Shown: positions 33,804 through 46,096, counted from the first letter of the whole stretch. The stretch: 62,925 nt of DNA, filler included, from Octopus bimaculoides (GCF_001194135.2; 8 parts of 8 records of this genome joined end to end with filler, not necessarily neighbours in it), one strand, 5' to 3'. Notes: a model not told the origin generated them from the letters alone. Numbers and translations are program-made.

Positions 33804-34082
33804 GTAGTTCCACTATCATACCTCATAGTTATGTATCAGAGAGATAAGATTCAATGATGACTTTATACAGATAGAATGGTACAGAGAACAGAAGAGTGGG
33901 GTGAATGGACAGAAGGTGAATGACAGAGGTGTGAGAAGGTATCACAAGGTGGGTAGGAAACGTCTGTGTGTTTTGTGTGTGTATGCACCTGCAATAAATA
34001 TTTTGTCTTTCTCCATCTCAGGGATGCTCCTTTCTTCCACATGACCCTGTAAATATCCCAGTTAAGAATAAGAATACCTTAC

Positions 34083-34158
34083 CCATGAGTTTTGTAGGAG
34101 ATAGCACTTTGCCTGAGTTTTGTAGGGTATCCCACCATAAAACATTTCAGAAAATAAA
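34083..34158 (-). CDS. Candidate 76-nt exon (LFSEMFYGGIPYKTQAKCYLLQNSW), product unknown
   Basis: Acceptor ...cttactcatcatag and donor GTAAGG; phase joins the 35402 and 33251 exons. Confidence 0.45.
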
Positions 34159-34566
34159 CTATGATGAGTAAGATTAATTTTGGGGGATAGAAAACAAAAA
34201 TCATGCATTAGTGTGGTTATCAATAGATCGTTGGTAACCACATTTAATTCAAAATTAGGAAGAAAGAGAACATTTACGATCAACTGCATCAAAACCTTCA
34301 ATTGTTCAATAAAGATTATAAATTTGCATCAGTAGATATAACCATTAGTGCAAATGGCAGCAAATTAAATTGGCACAGTCATTAAAGTGTTGGATTAAAA
34401 TTCCATGTAGTACTTCTATTTTTGACTTTTGCACACTGAGTTCAAATCTGACCATGGTCAACTTAGCCTTTTATCCTTTGTAGGGTCAATAAAAATGTAT
34501 CAATGAAAGGAGATGGATTAGCAGAACTGTGAGGAAGTTAGGCAAGGTGTCTTGATGTATCTTTCC

Positions 34567-34932
34567 TACATTGAGACAGAATACCATTTTGACAGTAGCA
34601 CCTGCAACAACATTGCTGCCATGTTGTATTTGCAGAAATCAGCAGACTTCAGCTTGGATAACTTCAGTTGAGAGGAGAAGAGAGATTTCCATGCATGGGC
34701 AATTGACCATCATGTTCAAATAATTTGGTCCAAGCCTCTGCATACATACATAGATGAATGATCACCCCAGATTAACAAAGACCTCCCTATTGATGCACTC
34801 GATTATGTTACTAAATGTCTGTCATGTAGTCTGGAAAACTTGGGGGTTTCAAGCAAAGAGAAATACCATATAGCATATTTTTTGCAACTTCTATATGTCA
34901 GTGTGACAGTAAAAATCTGCAAATTTTCGTGA
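34567..34932 (+). pseudogene. Decayed 122-codon reading frame of unknown origin, possibly a transposon
   Basis: YIETEYHFDS...EEKRDFHAWAIDHHVQIIWSKPLHTYIDE*SPQINKDLPIDALDY; both internal stops are TGA, compatible with CGA>TGA decay. Confidence 0.4.
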
Positions 34933-35401
34933 AATCCAAAATGTTGTTCTACACTTTTATTTCATTTTTATATAATAAATTTCAGGAATGGAGCCTTGTA
35001 TCTTTGTTAGAAACCAGTCTCTCCATTATCAGAAAAATTTGAAGAAATGAAAAGAAAAGAGTCCTATATATACATTTATACATACTTAATTATACATGTG
35101 TACACATAAATTTTGCACACACACACATACACACACACACTCACATATTTGTATACATGCAACATGCATAAACACACACATACACACATACATACATAGA
35201 AAAGAGTAGAAAAGATTATATCTGCAACTATATGTTTAAAGCAGATGCTCTAAATATACATACATACATACATGCATACATGCATGCATACATGCATGCA
35301 TACATGCATGCATACATACATACATACATACATGAGTACACACACCACTCAAACACATACATTCATACACTAATACAAAGAGTTAACACAGAACATGTCA
35401 C

Positions 35402-35492
35402 CCACATCTTAAATAGCTGTCCAAAAGTATCATCATGATATTATCCCCTTTAAATGGTAAGATGTCGTGACCAAAAGAATGTGTAAAGCAAT
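35402..35492 (-). CDS. Candidate 91-nt exon (CFTHSFGHDILPFKGDNIMMILLDSYLRC), product unknown
   Basis: Acceptor ggattatcctttctacag; only one frame is open; donor GTGACA (alternative GTGGGT 4 nt upstream). Confidence 0.45.
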
Positions 35493-36079
35493 CTGTAGAA
35501 AGGATAATCCTAAGGATTAAAATATAAATAGCAACAGTGATTTGAAGGGTGTAATTACTCATAACAGGAAAGAATACTAGTGAATTGCTCCCTTTATGAC
35601 TTCAATAAAATGCAAGCATAACAGACCAGACATTATGATCAGAGACTAAGTAAATAAAAGGTGCTCAACAGCAGAAATTAGTTGCCCAGCTGATTGCAAT
35701 ATAATATTAACCCGCTACCTACCAGTTATCTCATATGAGATCACTTAAAAATTACAAATTTCGTAATTATCTGTCAATATTTACACATATCTAACCTTTT
35801 TACTATATCTACTAGGTATATTTCTCTGATATTCAAATGAGGTTTGCTAATTTTTCATCTAATATCCCGCTTATTTCTATTTAAAATGCTATTTTGAAAT
35901 GTTATTTTGATCATTCCAGCATGTTTCTAAGGCTGTTTTATGCTAGAAATCAAAGCTTCATAAAAAAAATTCCAGTTATAGAATTATGGGAGGTAATGGG
36001 TCAAGGATTATTGGAAAAGAAAACACTTATGCCAAACTAATAAAGAATCTGCAAATAGCATTATATCTACAACTATAAG

Positions 36080-36273
36080 GAGGTGAGCTGGCAGAAAAGT
36101 TTGCACGCCGGGTGAAATGCTTATCATCTGTCTTTATGCTCTGATTACAAATTCTGCCGAGGTCGACTTTGCTTTTCATCCTTCCAGGGTCGATAAATTA
36201 AGTACCAGTTGTGTCTAATTGACTGGCCCTTGCCTCCCACAAAATTTCGAGCCTGGTGCCTAGAGTAGAAAAG
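36080..36273 (+). mobile_element. SINE family B with about 18-bp imperfect TSD (36060-36077 / 36274-36291)
   Basis: gagctggcagaaaag head, ggtcgactttgcttttcatcc core, attatatctRYaactata on both sides. Confidence 0.85.
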
Positions 36274-36753
36274 ATTATATCTGTAACTATAATTATTGAG
36301 ACAGTTGTATGTGTAACTAATTGCCTCAGCACCAGTCTTGAGAGTCTGGACATCACAAAACTAGAATGGACATAGGTCATTAGGAGATTATAGTTACAGG
36401 CCATTAATGATATTGAGAAAAATCTGTAAAGCATTCCAGAAGTTTTAGCTTATAATATGTAATAAAGTGTGTGCATACACATGTACAGACATGCCAAGAT
36501 GTGTGTGTGTGTGTGTGTGCGCGCATGTAGTGCATGTGTGTGTGTAATGTGTGTGTGTGTGTATGCAATGGCATTCATGCTTGCACACATGCATATGTAC
36601 ATATATACATATGTACATATATACATATGTTCGAACATTTTATTTTTCTTATTGGAAATCACATGCCAAAGGGTGGTAACTGACCAACAATAAATCAGGT
36701 CACAAGCAACCTCTTAGTTTCTTGATGTTACAAAAGAAAAGGTTAAAAGAAGT

Positions 36754-36965
36754 CTAATAAGAAGTATTTATTAGCAGTAGTTACCATAAAAAGAATCTCT
36801 TATATTGGATTCTGGTGCAAAATGCACTCTTGTTTATGTCACTAGTGGGGATATATATCCCCATCAACTCCAGCACTGAGACCACCAGATCACGTGATTT
36901 TGATCTTCCTCGGTCTTATCAAAGATAGACACTCAACTGCTAGAAATATCCCTGCCAGTGATATA
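36754..36965. mobile_element. Diverged tandem copy of the long-TIR MITE, right TIR partial
   Basis: Direct similarity of 36803-36926 to 37517-37638. Confidence 0.65.
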
Positions 36966-37085
36966 TAGAAAATCAGTACCAGAACAGCTGCAATTAGCCA
37001 GTTAGCTTGTAATAAAACATTCATTAGTACAGAGGCAGTATTAATATACAAAAGGTAATATTTATCCTCATTCAAACATGGGTGT

Positions 37086-37739
37086 TCTGTTAGAACAAGC
37101 TATACTGTGCTAGTTGCCATGAGAGAAAACCGCGCAGGAGTGGCTGTGTGGTAAGTAGCTTGCTTACCAACCACATGGTTCCGGGTTCAATCCCACTGCA
37201 TGGCACTTTGGGCAAGTGTCTTCTACTATAGCCTCGGGCCGACCAAAGCCTTGTGAGTGGATTTGGTGGACGGAAACTGAAAGAAGCCTGTCGTATATAT
37301 GTATATGTATATGTGTGTGTGTGTGTTTGTCCCCCCAACATCGCTTGATAACCGATGCTGGTGTGTTTACGTCCCCGTAACTTAGTGGTTCGGCAAAAGA
37401 GACCAATCGAATAAGTACTAGGCTTACAAAGAATAAGTCCTGGGGTTGATTTGGAGCTCCAGCATGGCCACAGTCAAATGACTGAAACAAGTAAAAGAGT
37501 AAAAGAGTAAAGAGTATATTGGCTTCTGATTATAATGCACACTTTTTATATCACTAACTGGGAGATAAATCCCCACCACTTTCAGTGCCAAGACTACCAA
37601 ATCATGTGATTTTGACCTTCCTTGGTCTTACTAATGATATCTTCCCACCAGTGACATAATCAAGTGTGCATTTTGCACCAAAAGCCAATATTGGAGTTTC
37701 TCTCATGGCATCTACCACAGTACAGTTTGTTCTAACAGA
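37086..37739. mobile_element. Fold-back MITE with about 100-bp TIRs; left TIR split by a SINE A insertion
   Basis: 37086-37130 plus about 37517-37570 reverse-complements 37638-37739. Confidence 0.8.
37132..37515 (+). mobile_element. SINE family A, full length
   Basis: All modules; (gagtaaaa)n tail. Confidence 0.92.
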
Positions 37740-38036
37740 TAAATATTACATCTCTAATAAGAAGCAGCCTTAAAAACCATAAAATGATTAACACAAAATT
37801 TAAAAGAGTCATAATTATATTTACCTGGGAAACAAGAAAAAGGAAGAGATTTCAATAATATACATGTTTGGGGAAGAAAATTATTTGAACAAAGAGACAC
37901 TCCATTGAAACAAAGGATGAGAATTAGTTGAAAGGTTAGTCATTTGAGAAGTAACCTTGAGAGGAGATACAAGGAAAGAAAATTTGGCCAAACACTGACC
38001 ATGGAAGTCCACTCCTCCTCCTCCTCCTCCTCCTCC

Positions 38037-38037
<1 letters not shown>

Positions 38038-38091
<54 letters not shown>

Positions 38092-38109
38092 TTAACATTC
38101 ATATTCCAT
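38038..38109 (-). mobile_element. RTE tail with expanded (ATC)n; the rest is in a gap
   Basis: (atc)n-tttaacattcatattccat. Confidence 0.55.
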
Positions 38110-38242
38110 NNNNNNNNNNNNNNNNNNNNNNNNNNNNNNNNNNNNNNNNNNNNTTAATTAATTAANNNNNNNNNNNNNNNNNNNNNNNNNNNNNNNNNNN
38201 NNNNNNNNNATATATATATATATATATATATATACAAACATA

Positions 38243-38404
38243 GAACGGGTTCCCTTCAGTTTCCGTCTACCAAATTCACTCACAGGAATTTGCTCGGCCC
38301 AACGCTATTGTAGAAGACACTTGTCCAAGATGTCACGCAGTAGGACTGACCCGGGAATAATGTGGTTGGGATGCAAACTTCTTACCACACAACCACGCCT
38401 GCGT
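38243..38404 (-). mobile_element. SINE family A, 5' half
   Basis: cagtttccgtctaccaaattcactcac...cttaccacacaaccacgcctgc. Confidence 0.85.
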
Positions 38405-38743
38405 CAATATGTGTCAGTGTGTGTGTGCGTGTGTGTTTATATATGTATATATATAAACATACATAAATATTGCTCGTGAGGATCATTGTGTCAATAACAA
38501 ACTTAGATAATTGTTCTATTTCACTTCGTATATCATTATTATTATTAGTCAGTTGTTTGAGACTTAACTAATTAATACTCGCCTGTTTGATTAATTGATC
38601 GATCGATCACTCTATGAAGCAAGTTATGTCAATGTCCTTTCGTTGCCAATTGCGATCTCATCAATGACATGCCCGCTCTACTATTACTCTATTGTATATG
38701 TTTGCGTTTTATGCACATGTCTGTGTGTTCACGCGTACAGGTC

Positions 38744-38775
<32 letters not shown>

Positions 38776-38785
38776 NNNNNNNNNN

Positions 38786-38821
<36 letters not shown>

Positions 38822-39338
38822 GTGTGTGTGCATCCGTGCTTGCGTGCGTGGGCAGTCTCTTTTATTTTTCTTCTACTCTTTTGACATTTCCAAATTCACC
38901 CCACAACTTTATTAATATGCAAATATTTACTCCTAAAGTCAATACTTTCTTTTATTTTATCATGATTTTTCGATATTTTTGTTCATTGTTTTACATTTTA
39001 AGTTCCATTATTTTGGTTGAATGTCAGTTTGGGGGGTTCCTGTCAGTAAATTCCTTTCTATTAAGAACGTTGCAAGACATATTCAGTTTCAGGGGTAACT
39101 GAAAAATATGGGCTAACTCATTGTATATTTTGATGTTTTTAAGCTATGTTGTTTTATTAATTTTCTTCGTCTTTGTTCTGTTTTTTGGTACTTGTTTTGT
39201 TGTCTTTGTTGTTATTCTTTTTTTTTGTTGTTGTTTTCATCGTCTTCATTTATTTCAATGGATAATTATTTATTAATGAATGAATCATTGAAACTTATAT
39301 GAAACACACAAAAACAAATAAACGAATGCACATACACA

Positions 39339-39387
<49 letters not shown>

Positions 39388-39594
39388 NNNNNNNNNNNNN
39401 NNNNNNNNNNNNNNNNNNNNNNNNNNNNNNNNNNNNNNNNNNNNNNNNNNNNNNNNNNNNNNNNNNNNNNNNNNNNNNNNNNNNNNNNNNNNNNNNNNNN
39501 NNNNNNNNNNNNNNNNNNNNNNNNNNNNNNNNNNNNNNNNNNNNNNNNNNNNNNNNNNNNNNNNNNNNNNNNNNNNNNNNNNNNNNNNNNNNNN

Positions 39595-39643
<49 letters not shown>

Positions 39644-40275
39644 CTCATACGTAAATTCAAGCATAGCATGGTTATACACATAGCAAGCTATGTAAACTTA
39701 AAAGACACATATACATATAAGTAGATATATGTGTATAAGTGTATATATGTACATAAGAAGCAAACACGCACATATACGCCCACACACTCGTACATACACA
39801 CACATGCACACACACATACGCACACACACGTGTGCGTACATATATTGATTGGAGTGTATAGTTACACATGTAGATGTAGATGTGCATGTATGCAAATAGT
39901 TTGTGGCAAGATAGAACTTACTTATTAAAAGTTTTTTTCTATGGGATGTGGCATAATAACCCCTTGAGTTGCGTGAGTTTTGTTTCAAATACTGTATTTA
40001 TATATTTATTTTGTGGGGTGGAAATATCTGCGTATATCAAGTTACTGGCTGTAGGGCTTTATTTATATTTTACTTTTGTTTTTCCCCATCGTGTCACCTG
40101 GCAATCTATTCAGCGGTTCTCGTAGACGTAACTTGCGATAGATTCGATTCGGATCAGGTTAGGAACAAAATCGTTGCTCATAAGGTATCGTTTTAGCTTT
40201 TCCAAAAATCTGATGCTACGACTGAAATTTCTTAAATAAACTATCTACATATAGCAATAAGGACATACTTCGCCT

Positions 40276-40663
40276 ACGATGGATAAGTGTCAGCTCATTA
40301 CAGCTGTTTCTTTACTAACTTTTAATGAAGAATGAGAAACATTACATCATTATAAAAGACCGTAATCGTCAGATGAGAATGTAATTTTTACAGAACGAAG
40401 GGGTAATCCAGGAATGCAGCAGAGATGTGACTGGCGAGGCCGAACTATGAAAGGGAAATGACCAACAACGCTAACCGCTAAAATGTCGTTCTTGAAAGAG
40501 TGTAATCCGTTTTCTACGACCTGCTCGTATCTCCCTCTTCAATCTTTCCCTTTTCTCTCATCATCTTACTCCTTCGTTATTCATTCCCTTCTTTCAGATC
40601 TTTTCCTTCATGTCTCTTTCATGTTTCTTATTCTTCTATTCTTCCACGTCTGCTTGTATAAAT
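40276..40663 (+). repeat. Local direct repeat, copy 1 (copy 2 at 42085-42470, partial copy 3 at 45471-45665)
   Basis: acgatggataagtgtcagctcattaca...cttccacgtct aligns by eye across the copies. Confidence 0.9.
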
Positions 40664-40756
40664 CTGGCTGAAACAGAAGCAATGTTTCCAACGCAACCAC
40701 TAATTTAGCGAAGGATGATTTTATATATGTGTATCTTACGTTTTGCTTCTTACAAC

Positions 40757-41238
<482 letters not shown>

Positions 41239-41295
41239 CATGCATATATATTGATTTTCATTCGCATTCAACGATTTACTGAAGATACAGAATTA

Positions 41296-41454
41296 GTATA
41301 TTCTACTCGAGGCACAAATCCCGAAATTTGAGGAGAGGGTGCCAGTCGATTAGATCAACCCCAGTACGCAACTGGTACTTAATTTATCGACACCAAAAGG
41401 ATGATAAGCTTAGTCGACCTCGGCGGAATTTGAACTCAGAACGTAAAGACAGAC
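41296..41454 (-). mobile_element. 5'-truncated SINE family B with 15-bp TSD gaagatacagaatta (41281-41295 / 41455-41469)
   Basis: Perfect TSD seen directly. Confidence 0.9.
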
Positions 41455-41787
41455 GAAGATACAGAATTATTGTCGCTCCAATTTTCTTTCATACATGCAA
41501 ATGAAGAGAGTCATCCGTTTGGTATATTTGTTGTATTTTACAATACACTGAATCCAAGGCTTATAATAACTATAATTTATGTCTTCCTTCTGCCTGCTCA
41601 AGGAATTTATACAGTTTGTAAAGACACTGGAAATGTAAAAGCATGTAGCCTAAAAAATGATATTCTATTGAGTTATGAGAATCAAAGAACAGCACCAGTG
41701 TATGAATTTACGTATATATGTATGTTTATGTACACACGTAGATAGATGAAGAACGAACATACATATGCGTTTGTGTGTGTAAATACA

Positions 41788-41827
<40 letters not shown>

Positions 41828-41830
<3 letters not shown>

Positions 41831-41999
41831 ATAGATCGCTGACCACAACATTCAATTTTTTTCTCCGTGTTTTTCTCCTTGTTTTCTCCTTATTCTTTCT
41901 GTTGAAGAGCGTAGCTGGAAACGTTAAAGACTTTCTCTATTCCCGAGCGTTAAACTAATACATCCTTTTGTTGTCTACACCACCTGTCCTCGTCTGTTG
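41828..41999 (+). mobile_element. Penelope-like element terminal fragment (putative)
   Basis: ctgttgaagagcgtagctggaaacgtt motif in a pseudo-LTR-like context; runs into a gap. Confidence 0.45.
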
Positions 42000-42028
42000 N
42001 NNNNNNNNNNNNNNNNNNNNNNNNNNNN

Positions 42029-42061
<33 letters not shown>

Positions 42062-42084
42062 TATGATCAAAAGAATAAAAACTC

Positions 42085-42470
42085 ACGATGGATAAGTGTC
42101 AGCTCATTACAACTGTTTCTTTACTAACTTTTAATGAAGAATGTGAAAAATTACATCATTATAAAAGACCGTAATCGTTAGATGAGAACTTAATTTTTAC
42201 AGAACGAAGGGGTATCCCAGGAATGCAGCAGAGATGTGCCTGTCGAGATCGAGCTATGTAAGGGAACCGCTAAAATGTAGTTCTTGAAAGAGTGTAATCC
42301 GTTTTCTACGACCTGCCTATCTTTTCCTTTTCTTTTTCGTTCCCTCATCTTACTCCTTCGTTATTCATTCCCTTCTCTTAGATCTTTCCCTTCATGTCTC
42401 TTTCATGTTTCATATTCTTGTATTCTTCCACGTCTACGTGCATAAATATGCGTGTGCATCTATCTATCTA
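42085..42470 (+). repeat. Local direct repeat, copy 2
   Basis: See 40276. Confidence 0.9.
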
Positions 42471-42512
42471 TTTATCTATCTATATTACAGATATTACAGG
42501 TCAGTGCCTCCA

Positions 42513-43426
42513 GGGAGAAGGAGTCTGTTAGACTAGAACAAAGGTAGAATTGAGTGGGTTTTTGAAGATAATTTACAGTAGGGTAAGAATAGTGGTGATT
42601 AGGAGAGGTAAAAAAAATTTATTAAAGGAAAAAAGGAGATAAATGAATTGACCGTAGGGTGAAAGAAAATAAAAAAAGTTAAGGTAAAAAATAAAACGCA
42701 AATGAAACGAAGAAATACAATAATACAATAACCATATACGAGTCGATTCAGAGTTGAGTAGGAGTATAAGAATCTCTATCTATTGATTAAAAGAAACATA
42801 GAAAAATAGGGGTAAACAGTGGTTAATGGTTGGGAAGATAGGGGTGGGGAAAAGTACTGCCATCAAGCTATATAAAGTTATAGGAAGGTAGAATGCAACG
42901 TAAGGAGTTTAAAATTTACAATAAATAAATATAAGATTTTAAAGTACAAATTTAAAGCCGGGCGGGGTTATATAATGAACTACGCCTAGCATGGGGTTAG
43001 AGTTTTAAATATATTAGATCGGATACCAGGGGAAGCCAGTCATATGGAGTAGTCTAACGATAAACTATAGAATGTTAAAGGGGTGGCGGTGATATCAAAA
43101 TTTGGATGGTATAACCATCTTAGAGTGAATCAGGTGAAGCAAGTCGAGACAATAGTCGCAGGTAATATGGTACTACCTACTATATAATATGTATTGCACA
43201 GAACTGTATGCTGGTGTAAGGAGTACGTCAGTGGTATAAATCCAAAGCAAGAATCTTTTCCGTGTAGGCTGCTATTAGAGGTTAAATATGATTGAGGTCG
43301 TTATTGCATAAACTAGGTTCAAGACAGATAGGAAGGTATGAATCACCGCCATTCTTACTCTACTATAAATTATCTTCAAAAATCCACTCATGTCTACTCT
43401 TGTTCTAGTCTAACAGACACCTCTCC
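42513..43426. mobile_element. Element bounded by about 88-bp inverted repeats (42513-42600 / 43341-43426)
   Basis: The 78-bp core has 9 mismatches; the interior has no intact ORF. Confidence 0.75.
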
Positions 43427-43508
43427 GAAGCCGTGGCCAGCAGAAAAGGACACAACAGGCTTTGACTGTATCTGACTGTATCTGACACCGGAATTCATCC
43501 AACAATTT

Positions 43509-43892
43509 GGGCTTAATTCAGATAGTTGTGCGCAGCTGCTGGAGACTGTGGTCAAACTCTGGCTGGAGAGGGTTGATACTGGAAGGCCATATGTGTGGGG
43601 GTGTAAAATTCGTCCCCTTATACTTCCGGAATGTCAGAAGTTGTTCTCGGAATATTTCTACGACTTCACCACCTCCAATTTCTGGTCACCTAACTCCTCC
43701 GATTATAATCCCATGGATTACTATGCGTGGAACGTAGAGAAAGACACCAACCGGTCTATCTGCAGCATTATGACAGAGCTGGTAGCCAAGAACAAGGAGG
43801 TTCTCGAAGATCTTCTCAGGATACAGTGAGGAACGCAGGTTCCGAACCGTCTTGCGACCTCGGTGGAAGCTGATGGCAACTACCTTGAATAA
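43509..43892 (+). pseudogene. Decayed Tc1/mariner DD37D (maT-like) transposase, C-terminal part
   Basis: GLNSD...LLETVVKLWLERVDTGRPYVW, FWSPNSSDYNPMDYYAW, VEADGNYLE*, with frameshifts. Confidence 0.8.
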
Positions 43893-44129
43893 TCTGTTAT
43901 CGCCCTGTTATAATCTAGTTGATATTTTTTGATCCTTTAAAATACTTTTATTTTTGGATGGGATATTGTGTTTTTTTCCCGCGCCCGCAATAATTAATAG
44001 CGACAGAAGTAGTTTTAATGCCGCAAGACAATCTTTATCTCCATCTTAACTTGGATGCTACACAAGAACATAGAATACTGAGTTATGGTAAATATAGCTA
44101 TATTTACATATGGCTGTGTGGTAAGTATA

Positions 44130-44527
44130 GGCGTAGGAGTGGCTGTGTGGTAAGTAGCTTGCTTACCAACCACATGGTTCCGGGTTCAGTCCCACTGCGT
44201 GGCACCTTGGGCAAGTGTCTTCTACTATAGCCTCAGGCCGACCAAAGCCTTGTGAGTGGATTTGAGAGATGGAAACTGAAAGAAGCCCGTCGTATATATG
44301 TATATATATATATANNNNNNNNNNNNNNNNNNNNNNNNNNNNNNNNNNNNNNNNNNNNNNNNNNNNNNNNNNNNNNNNNNNNNNNNNNNNNNNNAAAGAG
44401 ACCGATAGAATAAGTACTTGGCTTACAAAGAATAAGTCCTGGGGTCGATTTGCTCGACTAAATGCGGTGCTCCAGCATGGCTACAGTCAAATGACTGAAA
44501 CAAGTAAAAGAGTAAAAGAGTAAAAGA

Positions 44528-44528
<1 letters not shown>
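44130..44528 (+). mobile_element. SINE family A, full length, internal tract in gap
   Basis: All modules. Confidence 0.92.
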
Positions 44529-44566
<38 letters not shown>

Positions 44567-45470
44567 CAGAGATTTTATTGATTCCTATGGTAAATAAAAT
44601 TTGCTCTTCATCAAACTTATTTTTCGTATTGAACCTTTTTTAATTTGTCTTATTATGCGCTTGCATTTCTGCCCTGGTATTAAAAAGTTTCTGATCCGTC
44701 AATCTTGCTGCTGTACCACTTTAAAGAGAACATATAAGTGACTTATTAGTTTGGAAAGCCGAATTCAATTCCTATTCCCACCAAAATCTGTCAGCGAAAC
44801 ACCTACTTTGAATTTTTAAAAAAGTGGACAAGCGCCGTATTTGTACGGTCAATCTAATCTGACCCCAAGATTCAGAGTAACACCTGGTCTAAACACTCTG
44901 TTGCAATTATTCGCCGTAGTTCAAGTTTCTATTGTGAATGTTCTCCCTCTCTTTCTATTATTTTCGTTGGCTCTGCAAAATATCAATGGCGCCACTTTTC
45001 CTCCTGTGACTAAGCCATAAAACAAACGAACCACTCTTGTTTCTGAATAAACGATGTATCTGTTTGTATACTTACATATTATTGTTACTATTGATTTAAT
45101 CTACGCACTAGTGCGCATAATTAGAGTCAATTGCTTGGCTTTTTTTTATCGTGAGGAGTATTTAACCATAAACGACTGATCAACACAAAATGAGTGAATT
45201 TAATTCTTTCTATCCCCGTAAGCTATAAATACATTTACCTCCTTTCTCTTACACTCCTCTGCCTGTTTGATTTCCATTTCTTTCCTTCTTGGTCCGATAT
45301 TCATATGTGTATATTTTTATTCCTTATATTTTCTTATTAATTTACTTCCTCCTCCTTCATAATTATAGGGTTTCTCTATTACGCCATTGTAACTTATGTT
45401 AGTCAACGTTTTATTGTAATGACATACACACTAATCCCATCCACTTCTCTTTCTCACTTACTCTTCTTTT

Positions 45471-45665
45471 TCCGTTTTCTGCAACCTGCCCGTTTATCCA
45501 TCCTCAATCTTTCCTTTTTCTTTTTTATTTCTTCATCATCTTACTCTTTCGTTATTCATTCTCTTCTCTTATATCTTTTCCTTCGTGTCTCTTTCATGTT
45601 TTTTTTATTCTTGAATTCTTCCACGTCTACGTACATAAATATGAGAGTGTATCCATCTACTTATT
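45471..45665 (+). repeat. Local direct repeat, partial copy 3
   Basis: tccgttttct-caacctgc...ttccacgtctacgtacataaatatg. Confidence 0.8.
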
Positions 45666-46062
45666 TATCAATCTCTCGCTCTTTCTCTATATATATATAT
45701 ATACATGTGTGTGTGTGTGTGTGTATGTACGTACGTATGTATGTACGTATATATGTATGTATGCTTTTATGTTTCATGTTTGTCTTATTTTAATACTTAT
45801 ACCTCAATCCTTATAACTATAAATCATTCACTTCTGCCTAATATTAAATATCTTGAATCTTCAGTTTTATATTACAAACGACTAATTTTTTAAATCTTAA
45901 AATTTATAACTAAACTTTCAACCAAATACATAATAAGTATATCAGCTTGCACATTATAATCGTATTTAAAACGGTAACGCAATTGCCGTTGTATAAAATA
46001 CGTGCCGTTATTAACATGCATGTACGTGCATGTATAAATATTTATAAATATGTATGTCTATG

Positions 46063-46096
<34 letters not shown>

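Noticed and set aside
37090-37490. ORFs such as MLGGQTHTH...RQASFSFRPPNPLTRLWSARGYSRRHLPK recurring across the window
   Set aside because: Translations of SINE family A; recurrence reflects the repeat, not a protein family.
42610-43340. Possible L1/Tx1-like ORF2 C-terminus on the minus strand
   Set aside because: Many stops and no diagnostic motif could be read with confidence.
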